Source: Acidobacteriota bacterium (GTDB taxonomy: Bacteria; Acidobacteriota; Polarisedimenticolia; JACPZX01). From it: a stretch of DNA of 64,000 nt. The stretch spans positions 15,559 through 79,558 of the forward strand of contig JACPZX010000067.1 in NCBI GenBank assembly GCA_016195325.1. Reading direction: 5' to 3'. Under the pieces are notes generated by a model. It was not told where the DNA came from. It searched no databases and saw only the letters and a program-made list of their open reading frames with translations. Below are positions 1 to 9,584 of this stretch, piece by piece. The translations under genes and the position numbers were made by a program. Position 1 is the first letter of the stretch. Each line of letters begins with the position of its first letter.

Positions 1-1
1 C

Positions 2-277
2 GAGGTCCTCAAGGGATGCTACGACCCCGAGATCCCCGTCAACATCCACGAGCTGGGGCTCATCTACCGGGTCGACGTCGACCTGCCGGGCTCCGTCCAC
101 GTCCTCATGACCCTCACCTCCCCCGCCTGCCCCGTCGCGGGATCGCTCCCTCCGGAGGTCGAGCGCAAGATCGCCGGCATCCCGGGAGTGACGGACGTGA
201 AGGTCGAGGTGACGTGGGAGCCGGCGTGGACCCCGGACATGATGTCCGAAGCGGCCAAGCTCCAGCTCAACCTCTGA
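2..277 (+). CDS. DUF59/MIP18 (SufT/PaaD-like) Fe-S cluster assembly factor, 5' partial
   Basis: Not in ORF track; manual translation from base 2: EVLKGCYDPEIPVNIHELGLIY...MTLTSPACPVAG...TWEPAWTPDMMSEAAKLQLNL*; DPE and TxPxCP motifs. Confidence 0.92.
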   Translation, partial: EVLKGCYDPEIPVNIHELGLIYRVDVDLPGSVHVLMTLTSPACPVAGSLPPEVERKIAGIPGVTDVKVEVTWEPAWTPDMMSEAAKLQLNL

Positions 278-299
278 GGGGCGGGGTGATGCCGGGCTT

Positions 300-857
300 C
301 TACCGGAAGACCTTTTCCCGGTAGAAGCGCAGCTCCTCGATCGACTCCAGGATGTCGTCGAGGGCGCGGTGCGCCTTCCTCTTCTCCGGGGGGATCAGCC
401 CCGGGTACCAGCGCCGGGCCAGCTCCTTGATCGAGGAGACGTCCACGCTCCGGTAGTGAAGGAAGGCCTCGAGCCCGGGCATGTACTTGAAGAGGAACCG
501 CCGATCCTGGCCGATCGAGTTCCCGGCGAGGGGGGACTTCCCCGGCGCGCAGTGCCCCCTCACGAACTCGAGCGTCGCGCGCTCCGCCTCCGCGATCGAG
601 ATCGTCGTCGCGCGCGACGCGGAGATGAGCCCGCTCTCGCCGTGGTGCTTGGTGTTCCACTCGTCCATCGAGTCGAGCACCGCGTCGCTCTGGTGCACGA
701 CCAGGTCGGGCCCCTCCGCGACGACGCCGAGCTGTCCGTCGGTGACGACCGACGCGATCTCGAGGATCGTGGCCGACTCGGGGTGAAGCCCCGTCATCTC
801 CATGTCGATCCAGACGAGCGGATCCACCCCCGCGCCCCCGCCGATCCCGTTCGTCAT
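300..857 (-). CDS. orn: Oligoribonuclease (DEDDh)
   Basis: WIDMEMTGL, GNSIGQDRRFL, HYRSVDVSSIKELARRW, HRALDDILESIEEL; ATG 857 preferred (7 nt after TAGCAT), 866 possible. Confidence 0.95.
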   Translation of the reverse strand: MTNGIGGGAGVDPLVWIDMEMTGLHPESATILEIASVVTDGQLGVVAEGPDLVVHQSDAVLDSMDEWNTKHHGESGLISASRATTISIAEAERATLEFVRGHCAPGKSPLAGNSIGQDRRFLFKYMPGLEAFLHYRSVDVSSIKELARRWYPGLIPPEKRKAHRALDDILESIEELRFYREKVFR

Positions 858-899
858 GACCGCCATGCTATCCGATCGGCGAAGGGAACCAGAAGCGCG

Positions 900-2528
900 T
901 CACCTCCCCGGATCGCGCGGGACGATCCGGTAGAGTTTGTCGCCCGCGGGCACCCTCACGAACGTCCGCTCGAGGGCGCTCCGCTCGGCATCGACGATCG
1001 GGTCGGCCGGAGCGTCGAGAAAGCGGGAGGTGACGTAGACCTCCCTCCCGGAGGCGAGCGCCGCGCGGACCGACGCCACGAGGTCCGAGGGGCCGCCGCC
1101 CCCCGGTGTCTCCGCGCCCGGGGTGGTCCCCCCCGGCGTCACCGCCGCGACCTCCACCCCGGGGGCGTAATACTCGAGGTTGGCTCCGTCCCACGAGGCG
1201 ACGACGAGGCTCCCCTTCGGAATGCGACGCGCCGCCTCCCGCGCGAAGGCGTCGTTCTCGACGGTCAGTTTCCAGCGCTCCCGGTCCACGACGTCCCGCG
1301 AGATCCAGAGCCCGGCGGCGACCGCGGCGGCGAGGGCGAGCGCCCCCACGGCCACCCGACCGCTTCCGGGGGGCCGCGCGCCGAGACGGGCGGCGACGAG
1401 GGCGAGCGGAGGCACGATGAAGACGCTGAACTGACCGTAGAAGTGATCCCACGCCATGAAGAAGAGCAGGTTCGTCGCCAGCCACGGGACGACGAAGGTC
1501 GCGAGCGGATCGAGCCGCGAGGCGCCGTGACGCGTGCGAACGCGTTCGACGCAGAGCAGGGCGAGCGAGAGGCCGGCGACCACGAGCAGCGGGAGCCCCG
1601 CGAGAGCCAGGAACGGAGGGAGATACGGGGCGCGCGTCCACGCGACGATCCCCGTCGCGCCGGCGCCCGCGCCCCAGAGCGCGGGCTCGATCGGCGCCTC
1701 TGGGCTTCCGCGCCGGCGCGCGAGGAACGCGAGCGCCGCCCCCGCGGCGATCAGGGCGAGGATTGCGAGCGCCGCGCGCGGCGCGAGGAGCTGCTCCGGG
1801 CGGAGCTCGTGGAGAAACGCGTACGTGCCGAAGACGGTGTGAAGCACGCCGCGGAGGTACGCCGCCGCGCCGGGGGACGCGGCGACGACCCACGCGTACA
1901 GCGGCGCCGCGACGGCGGCCGCCCTTAGCGCGCCAAGACCCGCCCGGCGGCGATCGCCGCGCCGATCGGGTTCCGCCAGGAGGCTCACGGCGCAGGGAAC
2001 GGCCAGGAGCGCCGCGGTGACGTGGGCGCCGATCGCGAGCCCCCAGAAGATCCCGAACACCGCGTAGCGGCGCTTCAGCCAGAAGAGCGCGGCGATCATC
2101 ACGAGAAGGAGGGCGACGGTGTACTTCTCGACGATCGCGGCCATGAAGAGGAAGATCGGGCTGGAGCCGACGAGCAGGACGCCCCACCACGCGCCGGAGC
2201 GCGAGCCGCCGCCCAGCTCGCGCGCGAGGAGCCACGCCGCGACGAGCATCCCCCACGCGAAGAGGGCGGACCAGAGGGCCAGGAGCCGCATCAGCGCCGC
2301 CCGATCGCCGCCGAGGGCGCCGTTCACCACGGCGACCGCCTGCCCCAGGAAGACGTACGTCGGCTTGCCGTCGAGGAATCCCGGGCGGAAGTCGGCCACG
2401 GAGATGGCGCAGATGAGCGAGTCGATCGTGGCGGCGAACGGAAAGGTTCTCGCGAGGAGGGCGGCGAGGAGGAGGGCGAAGGCCGCCGCCGTGACGAGCC
2501 GCGCCGGCCGGGATCGCGCGGCGTCCAT
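900..2528 (-). CDS. Polytopic membrane protein, GT-C/ArnT/DUF2723-like
   Basis: Real part of ORF 900..3536 from MDAARSR; many TM segments, KPTY loop, VEKY motif, soluble C-terminus. Confidence 0.6.
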   Translation of the reverse strand: MDAARSRPARLVTAAAFALLLAALLARTFPFAATIDSLICAISVADFRPGFLDGKPTYVFLGQAVAVVNGALGGDRAALMRLLALWSALFAWGMLVAAWLLARELGGGSRSGAWWGVLLVGSSPIFLFMAAIVEKYTVALLLVMIAALFWLKRRYAVFGIFWGLAIGAHVTAALLAVPCAVSLLAEPDRRGDRRRAGLGALRAAAVAAPLYAWVVAASPGAAAYLRGVLHTVFGTYAFLHELRPEQLLAPRAALAILALIAAGAALAFLARRRGSPEAPIEPALWGAGAGATGIVAWTRAPYLPPFLALAGLPLLVVAGLSLALLCVERVRTRHGASRLDPLATFVVPWLATNLLFFMAWDHFYGQFSVFIVPPLALVAARLGARPPGSGRVAVGALALAAAVAAGLWISRDVVDRERWKLTVENDAFAREAARRIPKGSLVVASWDGANLEYYAPGVEVAAVTPGGTTPGAETPGGGGPSDLVASVRAALASGREVYVTSRFLDAPADPIVDAERSALERTFVRVPAGDKLYRIVPRDPGR

Positions 2529-2530
2529 GG

Positions 2531-3739
2531 TCACAGCGCCGGAAGCGAGCTGGCGCTTTCCGGATCCTCTTCGCCCTTCTTCCCGAGGAGCCTCGCCCTC
2601 GTGATGGCGGCCTCTCCGAAGGCGTGGCGCACGGCGTCCTCGGCCGCCGCGGCGCGCTCCCCGAGCGCCCGCTCGGGATCGGGGAAGAGATCCGGCTGAT
2701 CGATCGCGCAGGCGGGCTCGAGATGGGAGACGCCGAGGCCGAGGAGCCTCACCCCTTTCCCTCCCAGGTCGACCCTCTCCCTGAGGAGAGCCGTGGCCAC
2801 CGCGTGGATCTCGCCGGCGAAGCGCGTCGGTCCCCCGAGCGTGACGGAGCGCGTCCAGGTCGTGAAATCCCCCGCTCTCACCTTCAAGCTGACCGTCCAC
2901 CCCTGCAGGCCGTCGTCCCTCAGCTTCCTCGCGACGCCGTCCGCGCGCGCGAGGAGCTGCCGCCCGATCTCGCCCTCGTCGGTGAGGTCCACCGCGTACG
3001 TGCGCTCCTCGCTGATCGACTTCGCCTCGCGAGACGGCTCGACCTTTCGATCGTCGCGGCCGGCGGCGAGGGCGCGTAGGTGATCCGTCAGCCGATCGCC
3101 GAGCCGGGCGCCGAGGCGTGCGCGCGGGGCGCGCAGGATGTCTCCCACCGTCCGGAGACCCAGGCCCTTGAGGGAGTCGGCCGTCTTCGGCCCGACCCCC
3201 CAGAGGGCCCGCACCGGGAGGGGCCAGAGGCGCGACGGGACGTCCTCGATCGGGAGGACGACGAGACCGTCGGGCTTGTCCAGCTCGGAGGCGATCTTCG
3301 CGAGGAACTTGTTCGGCGCGACGCCGACGGACGCGGTGAGCCCCTCCTCCGCTCGAATCCTTTCCTTGAGACGCCGCCCCGCGGCCCCGGCGTCCTGAAG
3401 CGATCGGGAGATGCCGGTCAGGTCGAGAAAGGCCTCGTCGATCGAGAGGGGCTCGACCACGGGGGAGAAGTCGTCGAGGAGGCGCAGGATCCTCCGCGAG
3501 ACCTCGACGTAGAGCTCCATGCGGCCGGGAAGCCACGTCCCCCCGGGGCAGAGGCGTTCCGCCGTGACGCTAGGCATCGCGCTCCGCACGCCGAATTCCC
3601 GCGCCTCGTAGGAGCAGGTGGAGACGACGCCGCGGGGGCCGCGGTGCCCGATGATGAGGGGAAGTCCCGCGAGCTTCGGATTCTCTCGCACCTCGACCGA
3701 GGCGTAGAAGGCGTCCATGTCGAGGTGGAGGACGATCAA
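2531..3739 (-). CDS. dinB: DNA polymerase IV (Y-family)
   Basis: HLDMDAFYASVE, SYEAR, SIDEAFLD, NKFLAKIAS, KPDG; TTG start overlaps P-II stop (TTGA). Confidence 0.95.
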   Translation of the reverse strand: MIVLHLDMDAFYASVEVRENPKLAGLPLIIGHRGPRGVVSTCSYEAREFGVRSAMPSVTAERLCPGGTWLPGRMELYVEVSRRILRLLDDFSPVVEPLSIDEAFLDLTGISRSLQDAGAAGRRLKERIRAEEGLTASVGVAPNKFLAKIASELDKPDGLVVLPIEDVPSRLWPLPVRALWGVGPKTADSLKGLGLRTVGDILRAPRARLGARLGDRLTDHLRALAAGRDDRKVEPSREAKSISEERTYAVDLTDEGEIGRQLLARADGVARKLRDDGLQGWTVSLKVRAGDFTTWTRSVTLGGPTRFAGEIHAVATALLRERVDLGGKGVRLLGLGVSHLEPACAIDQPDLFPDPERALGERAAAAEDAVRHAFGEAAITRARLLGKKGEEDPESASSLPAL

Positions 3740-4119
3740 AACTTGGTCAGGCGCCTTTTCGCGGCCGCCTCTTCCTCGGCGGTCGGGATGTGGGTCACCG
3801 CCTTCGTCACCGGCGTCATGTAGATGAACCCCTTGCCGGGGAGATCCATCTGCCCCGCCTCGATCATCGCCTCGAAGATGGCGTCGGCCCTCTCCGCGGC
3901 CGCGACGATGTCGATGACCTCCTTCTCCGGGCTGATCGCGACCTTGAGGAGGACCATCAGCCGCTCGCGGATCCCCGAGCCCCGCGCGAAGTGGATCGTC
4001 GCGGCCGGGGCGCCGGCGCGCATCGCGGCCTTCACGACCTCGTCGGCTCGTCCCCGCTCGACGATGCACGTGATGAGCTGAAGGTTCGTGAGGTACTTGC
4101 GCTTGCGCGGCTCCGTCAT
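3736..4119 (-). CDS. P-II-like regulator of the DUF1538-associated type
   Basis: LITCIVERG...GAPAATIHFARGSG...PEKEVIDIV...PGKGFIYMTPV; ATGA overlap with upstream gene. Confidence 0.85.
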   Translation of the reverse strand: MTEPRKRKYLTNLQLITCIVERGRADEVVKAAMRAGAPAATIHFARGSGIRERLMVLLKVAISPEKEVIDIVAAAERADAIFEAMIEAGQMDLPGKGFIYMTPVTKAVTHIPTAEEEAAAKRRLTKF

Positions 4120-5774
4120 GCGGCGGCCCCGCGAACGGCCGGCTCATGGCTCGGCGCGGTCCGGAGGAGAAGGCCGACGGTGAGCACCGAGACCACCGGC
4201 CCGGCGCTCGCGAGGCTCAGGATCCCGAAGCCGTCGGCCGCCCCGGGAAGGTTGCCGCTGAGGCCGAGCCCGATGGCGACGACCAGCGGCACGGTGAAGG
4301 GCCCCGTCGTCGTGGCCCCGGCGTCCCACCCGATGCTGACGAACTCCTCCGTCGAGACGAGCGAGAGGACGAGCAGCAGCAGGTACGTCGGGACGAGGAG
4401 CCACGCGAACGGAATCTCGAAGATGATCCGGGCCACGCCGAGCGCCATCCCGGCGCCGACGCCGAAGGCGACCGCCTGCACGAGGAGCGCCTTGCGGAAG
4501 GCGCCGACCGTGATCTGCTCGACCTGCAGGCCCATCGAGTTCAGCGCGGGCTCGGCGAGCGTCGCTCCGTATCCCAGAAGGAGCGCGAAGACGAGGATGA
4601 TCCCCTTCCCCACCGCGCTCCCGTACAGGGGGCCGAACGCGACAGGCGGAGTCCCGAGGAGGACCCGCGCGAAGGCGCCGGGGGCGACCCCCCCGACCTG
4701 ATCGCCGAGGGGGGTCAGCCCGGCGGCGAGCCCCACGTTGAACAGCACCAGCCCGAAGAGGGCGAAGGAGAGGCCGACCGCGACCTCGTCGCCGGCCGCG
4801 ATCCGCTCGCGCAGGAGGAAGACTTGCACCGCGAAGAGGAAGATCGTGAGGGGCAGGATCGCCTGCGACGACGAGATGAGGGCGTCGAGCCATGGGCCGG
4901 CGGGCGCGCCCGCCCCGGGCCCGGCTGCCGCGGCCGCGACCGCCGCGACGCCGTGTCCGGCCGCTCCCGAGTAGTGGATCAAGAAGGCGACGCCGAGCGT
5001 CGCGAGGATCGGGAAAAGCGAGATGAGCGTCACCGCGCCGAACCCCGACATCCCGGTGTCGACGCGCCCGGACGCGTTGCACACGCCGAGGCCGAGGCCG
5101 AGGACGAGCGGCACCGTGATGGGGCCGACGATGACGGCGCCGAAATCCCACGCGAGGCCGATGATCCCGCGGAGCGCCGGGACGGCGTACGCCCACGCGG
5201 TCAGCCCGAGGAGCAGGAGGACGATCGGCACGAGGAGGCGCTTGAGGGGCCAGTTGAGGAGGAAGCGCAGCGTGCCGAGGAGGACCGCGGTCCCGACCGC
5301 GGCGGCGACCGCCGCCGCGAGCGCCCCCGCGTAGCGGTTCAACAGCGCGTGGAGAAGAGGCGCCTGCGCCTCGTCGATCCCGGCGCCGGCCGCCCGCAGC
5401 GCGCCCATCGCGGGCTCCGCGTACGTCGCCCCGACCCCCACGAGGAAGGCGAAGCCGAGGATTGTCGGGAGGGAGGTCCTCTTCGGGAGCGAGTTGCCGA
5501 TCGCCTCGCCGACGGGCATCAGCCAGAGCCTGAGCCCATCCATGAAGAAGAGGAGGCCGATGACCACCGCGAGGACGGCCAGGCAGATCGGAATCGAGTG
5601 GAGGATCGAGGTTCGCAGGATCACGACCTGGAAGAGAAGCAGGTACGCGATCACCGGGAGGACCGAGCGGAGCTGCTCGACGAGGCGGGCGCGGAAATGG
5701 TGACCGAGGATCGTGCAGGCCTCGGCGAAGGAGACGCGGATCCTCCCCTCGCCGTGAAGCTGCTCGTAGGTCAT
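4116..5774 (-). CDS. DUF1538 membrane protein with two tandem domains
   Basis: Internal duplication: ATYAEPA/ATLAEPA, AWDFGAVIVGPITVP/GWDAGATTTGPFTVP, SGFG/DGFG. Confidence 0.85.
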   Translation of the reverse strand: MTYEQLHGEGRIRVSFAEACTILGHHFRARLVEQLRSVLPVIAYLLLFQVVILRTSILHSIPICLAVLAVVIGLLFFMDGLRLWLMPVGEAIGNSLPKRTSLPTILGFAFLVGVGATYAEPAMGALRAAGAGIDEAQAPLLHALLNRYAGALAAAVAAAVGTAVLLGTLRFLLNWPLKRLLVPIVLLLLGLTAWAYAVPALRGIIGLAWDFGAVIVGPITVPLVLGLGLGVCNASGRVDTGMSGFGAVTLISLFPILATLGVAFLIHYSGAAGHGVAAVAAAAAGPGAGAPAGPWLDALISSSQAILPLTIFLFAVQVFLLRERIAAGDEVAVGLSFALFGLVLFNVGLAAGLTPLGDQVGGVAPGAFARVLLGTPPVAFGPLYGSAVGKGIILVFALLLGYGATLAEPALNSMGLQVEQITVGAFRKALLVQAVAFGVGAGMALGVARIIFEIPFAWLLVPTYLLLLVLSLVSTEEFVSIGWDAGATTTGPFTVPLVVAIGLGLSGNLPGAADGFGILSLASAGPVVSVLTVGLLLRTAPSHEPAVRGAAA

Positions 5775-5917
5775 CTCGATCGACGGGCGACGCGCCAACC
5801 TCGAACCCTCCCCTGGGGCGCGGAAAGCGGGCACCTTACACGAACCGCGGAGGATTCCTCAACCGACCCCGCCGGGTGTTAGTCTGCGGCCATGACGCTC
5901 GCGAGGACCGCCGGTCC

Positions 5918-6565
5918 GTGATCCGCGACATCACGAGGCCGCTGGGGACGGGGTTCCCGTCCTGGCCGGGCGATCCGCCCGTCGAGATCACGCGGATCGC
6001 CTCGATGTCGGCGGGGGGTGCGTGCGACGTCTCCCGCCTCTCTTTCGGCGCGCACGCCGGGACGCACGTCGACGCGCCGTCCCACGTCCGCCCCGGGGGA
6101 GGCGCGATCGACTCGGTCGCGCTCGACTCTCTGATCGGGGACGCGCGCGTCATCCATCTTCCGGGGGACGCCCCCATCGGATGGGATGCGATCTCGCGCC
6201 ACCTCGAGGGGGCCGGGCCGGGGGCGCTCCACGGAGGTCGGCTCCTGATCCGGACAGGAAGCGCCGAGACCGTCCCGTACCTCCCGCCTTCCTTCGCGAG
6301 CCTGACCCCCGAGGCGGCCCGCCGCCTCGTCGAGCGCGGCGTGCGCCTGGTGGGGATCGACACACCCTCCGTCGACGCTCCGGGCGCCGCCGGCCTTCCG
6401 GTGCACCGGGTCTTCGCCGAGGCGGACGTGGCGGTCCTCGAGTGGCTCGACCTTCGCGCGATCGCTCCGGGCCGATACCACCTCGTGGCGCTCCCCCTCA
6501 GGCTCACCGGGGTCGAGGCCTCCCCGATCCGCGCGATCCTGATCGATCCCCCGCCGGCGGGATGA
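5918..6565 (+). CDS. Cyclase-family metal hydrolase (kynurenine formamidase/KynB-like)
   Basis: WPGDP, HAGTHVDAPSH, LVGIDTPSVD, ASPIRA; GTG start. Confidence 0.88.
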   Translation: MIRDITRPLGTGFPSWPGDPPVEITRIASMSAGGACDVSRLSFGAHAGTHVDAPSHVRPGGGAIDSVALDSLIGDARVIHLPGDAPIGWDAISRHLEGAGPGALHGGRLLIRTGSAETVPYLPPSFASLTPEAARRLVERGVRLVGIDTPSVDAPGAAGLPVHRVFAEADVAVLEWLDLRAIAPGRYHLVALPLRLTGVEASPIRAILIDPPPAG

Positions 6566-6577
6566 CGCGGCGGACGT

Positions 6578-7936
6578 CTACGGCTCGAGCAGCAGGTGGA
6601 GGATCGCGTCGTGAAAGGCCGGGCTCTGCGTCAGCCCCTTGTGCGACTCGCAGAGGAACATCGCCGTGGGAGTCGGGACACCCTGAAGGAGGCTCGCGCG
6701 CGTCACCGTGTCGTCCCCCGGCGCGCTCATCACCCCCGAAAGCGCCGGCGTCCCCAGTCCCGGCGGCAGGTCGGCGGGATCGAAGTACGTATGGTAGGCC
6801 GACCCGTCGAACTGAACGACGGCGCGCGACGGCGTGGGGGTGCAGTCCCCCCCGAGCGCGGCGTAGCGCACCCGCCCCTCGAGGTCCCACTCCCCCTCGA
6901 GAGCCTCCCGAAAGCGCCGCGCCCGATCGAGCGCCCACCTGGCGAACCGGCGTGACGCCTCCATCCTCTCGAGGTAGACCTTCTCCGACCCCTCGCGGCC
7001 GATCCTCGCCCGGAGCTTGTCGCGAAGATCCCGCCGGGCGTCCGGGCTGAAGACCGACCAGCCGAGCTTCTCCCAAGTGGCCACGTCGTAGATGTCGTCC
7101 GCGACAGGCGCGCCGTCCACGTCGACGAGGTAGCTCGGCCCCGGCGCCGGGAGGAGCTGGTAGGCCGCGGGCATCGTGAAGATCGCCTCGGGGGGGAGGA
7201 GCCTCGGCACGCGCTCGCCTTCGAGGAGCGACCTCAGGGCGTCGAGGGTCCCTCCGTTCGGTGTCCCCAGGAGGATGACGGTCCCGACGTGCGGCGCCCC
7301 CGCGAAGGTGGGCGCCGACGGCTCCCCCGCGAGGACGTCGCGGCCGCCGTGCCTCACGTAGTAGCGCGCGACGAGGCCGCCGAGGCTGTGCGCGACGAGA
7401 TCGACCTTCCCTCCCGGATCTCCTCGGGCCGAGAGGACGCGATCGATCGCGGCGCCCAGCGCGGCCGCCGTCTCCGGAACGTCCCGGCGCCAGTCGTAGT
7501 CGAACGCGTAGAGATCGGCGCCGGGGCGCGGGTCGTGGATGTCGCCCGGCACGAATCCCCCGGCGTCGCGCAGCGCGCGGATCAGCTTGAGGTAGTACTC
7601 GTGACCCGCCACCTTTTCGATGGGGCCGTCGGGGACGAGCCCGTCCCGATTCCGGAGCGGATCGTCCGCGTCGATCGGGAGATCGAGGAGATCCTTCCCC
7701 GGGTGCGAGGGCCGATAGAGCTTCGCGAGGAACGACACCGCGTTCCCCCAGACGACGCGACCGGTGATCGAGTCCCTCAGGCGCGAGCCGAAGACTCCCG
7801 GAATGAAGACGACCGCGCGCCTGGGCCGGGCCTCGCCGTGATAGATGCCGACCAGATCCGGGTGCATGACCGCGCACGCTGCGACCGCCATCGTCGCCGC
7901 CAGGAGAAGCGGTGCGCGCCGCGCCGCGTCACTCAC
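6578..7936 (-). CDS. Exported alpha/beta hydrolase, LCAT/PGAP1-like lipase/acyltransferase, possible lipoprotein
   Basis: VVFIPGVFGS, FDYDWR, VAHSLGG nucleophile elbow, LGTPNGG, GDDTV; N-terminal VAAC lipobox-like. Confidence 0.8.
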   Translation of the reverse strand: MSDAARRAPLLLAATMAVAACAVMHPDLVGIYHGEARPRRAVVFIPGVFGSRLRDSITGRVVWGNAVSFLAKLYRPSHPGKDLLDLPIDADDPLRNRDGLVPDGPIEKVAGHEYYLKLIRALRDAGGFVPGDIHDPRPGADLYAFDYDWRRDVPETAAALGAAIDRVLSARGDPGGKVDLVAHSLGGLVARYYVRHGGRDVLAGEPSAPTFAGAPHVGTVILLGTPNGGTLDALRSLLEGERVPRLLPPEAIFTMPAAYQLLPAPGPSYLVDVDGAPVADDIYDVATWEKLGWSVFSPDARRDLRDKLRARIGREGSEKVYLERMEASRRFARWALDRARRFREALEGEWDLEGRVRYAALGGDCTPTPSRAVVQFDGSAYHTYFDPADLPPGLGTPALSGVMSAPGDDTVTRASLLQGVPTPTAMFLCESHKGLTQSPAFHDAILHLLLEP

Positions 7937-8552
7937 ACCGCGCCCCCACCTCGACCGTGAAGTCGCGCTCGTCGGGGAAGGTCCCCTTCACGAGCGCTTC
8001 GATCTGGAGGATGCGCGTCGCGCAGGGGCTCGGGACCGCATCGAGGCGGATCCATCGATCCTCCGGCGCCAGCGGGAAGGGCATCGCGATCCAGTTCCGC
8101 GCGCCGGGGAAGTGCGACCCCTCCTTGCGGGTGAAGATCGCCGTGTCGTAGCGCACCTTGAGCCACGCGGCCCCCGCCGGAACCGTCCCCTCGTAGATCG
8201 TCCGCTTCCGTCCCTTGTCCGTGAGAATCAGCGTGGCCGGATCGTCCTCCTTCCGCGCGATCAGCTCCTTCTTGCTGATGTCGATGGCGCGCCCCGGGAG
8301 ATTCTTCCCCTCGATCGGCCGGCCGTAGGTGATCGTCTTGAGCTCCTGGAGCGCGCGATAGTCGGGGCGACCCGAGTTCGGATCGACGGGACCGTCGCCG
8401 CAGAAGACGAGCTTCACGTAGAAGATCCCCGCGTCCTCGTCCTGCACCTTGACGACCGGCAGCGAGTTCTTGAAGACGATGCGCCACGGCGTTTCGGAGG
8501 CGGGGGCCGGGTCCGGGGGGGCCGCGAGCATCAGCAGGATGCCGAGGATCAA
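7929..8552 (-). CDS. Hypothetical exported protein
   Basis: TTG start overlapping upstream stop; hydrophobic N-terminus LILGILLMLAA; protein-like composition (WRIVFKNSLPVVKV...). Confidence 0.6.
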   Translation of the reverse strand: MILGILLMLAAPPDPAPASETPWRIVFKNSLPVVKVQDEDAGIFYVKLVFCGDGPVDPNSGRPDYRALQELKTITYGRPIEGKNLPGRAIDISKKELIARKEDDPATLILTDKGRKRTIYEGTVPAGAAWLKVRYDTAIFTRKEGSHFPGARNWIAMPFPLAPEDRWIRLDAVPSPCATRILQIEALVKGTFPDERDFTVEVGARCE

Positions 8553-9556
8553 CGCGCCCTCGGCCCCGCCGCGAGGATGCGCGCGAGGAGCGCCGGATCG
8601 TCCGGCAGCAGCACCGAGCCCGGCAGGCGCGGGACGAGCGCCAGCCACGCCGCGTTCATGCGGAAGCAGCGGGCGAAGACCGGGATCGACTCGTCCACGC
8701 GCTTCATCGAGACGAGCGCGACCGCGTGCCAGAAGACGAACTCGTCGCTTCCGGGGACGAGCTCCTCCGCCTGCGAGTAGAGCTTCAGCGCGTCCTCCGC
8801 GCGGTTCTCGGTGACGGCGTCGTCCCCCGCGTTCTCGACGCGGTAGGCGCGCGCCAGCCCCACGAGCCGGCGCAGCTCCACGATGGGATCGGGGTGATCG
8901 TCGACGCGGAGATCGAAGAGACGGTCCTTCCACGGAGAGGCCGACCTCTTCGGCCCGACGACGAGGAGCGCGGCCGACTGGCGCCCCCGGATGTCCCCGC
9001 CGGCCTTCTGCGCCGCCTCGAGCGCGGCGAGCATCCGCTCCGCGAGATCCCCCTTCGAGCGCTCGAACGCCTCGGCCATCGCGGGCCAGACCGACGCGTC
9101 GGCCATCAGGTTCGCCTGGGCGGAGAAGCCGGCGCCGGTCTTGTGCCCGGCCGCGGCGATGCAGTGGCTTCCGGTGTGCGCCGCGACCTTCCCCGACGCG
9201 TCGACCATCGCGACCTGCCGCACGTCCTGGTGCTCGTCCTTCGCCAGCAGCGCGGCCAGCGCCTCGGGGGCGCTCTTCCCCTCCTTCATGAGCGCGAGGC
9301 CGAGGGGTCCGTAGCTCGCCTCGACGAAGCTCTGGGTCGCGACCGCGCCGACCCCCGGCTCGGCCCACGGGACGACCGCGCCCACGGAGAACCAGTGCGA
9401 CTGCACGGCGACGCCCATCTCCCCCGTCGCCTCGTCGCGCGCGACGATCGAGAAGGTGTGGACCGGGCGCGCGAAGGAGGACTCCTCCGCGCGGAGGGAG
9501 CCCCCGGTGATGAGCCAGCCGGAGACGAGAGCGACGGTGACGACGCTTCGGCGCAT
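8549..9556 (-). CDS. DUF1028 (Ntn-hydrolase-like) protein with C-terminal TPR-like helices
   Basis: Signal peptide, TFSIVARD, GAVATQS, GGDIRGRQSAAL, DLRVDDHPDP; AAGGAGG RBS. Confidence 0.88.
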   Translation of the reverse strand: MRRSVVTVALVSGWLITGGSLRAEESSFARPVHTFSIVARDEATGEMGVAVQSHWFSVGAVVPWAEPGVGAVATQSFVEASYGPLGLALMKEGKSAPEALAALLAKDEHQDVRQVAMVDASGKVAAHTGSHCIAAAGHKTGAGFSAQANLMADASVWPAMAEAFERSKGDLAERMLAALEAAQKAGGDIRGRQSAALLVVGPKRSASPWKDRLFDLRVDDHPDPIVELRRLVGLARAYRVENAGDDAVTENRAEDALKLYSQAEELVPGSDEFVFWHAVALVSMKRVDESIPVFARCFRMNAAWLALVPRLPGSVLLPDDPALLARILAAGPRAR

Positions 9557-9584
9557 GGGATCCTCCTTGAAGGAAGGCCTCATT

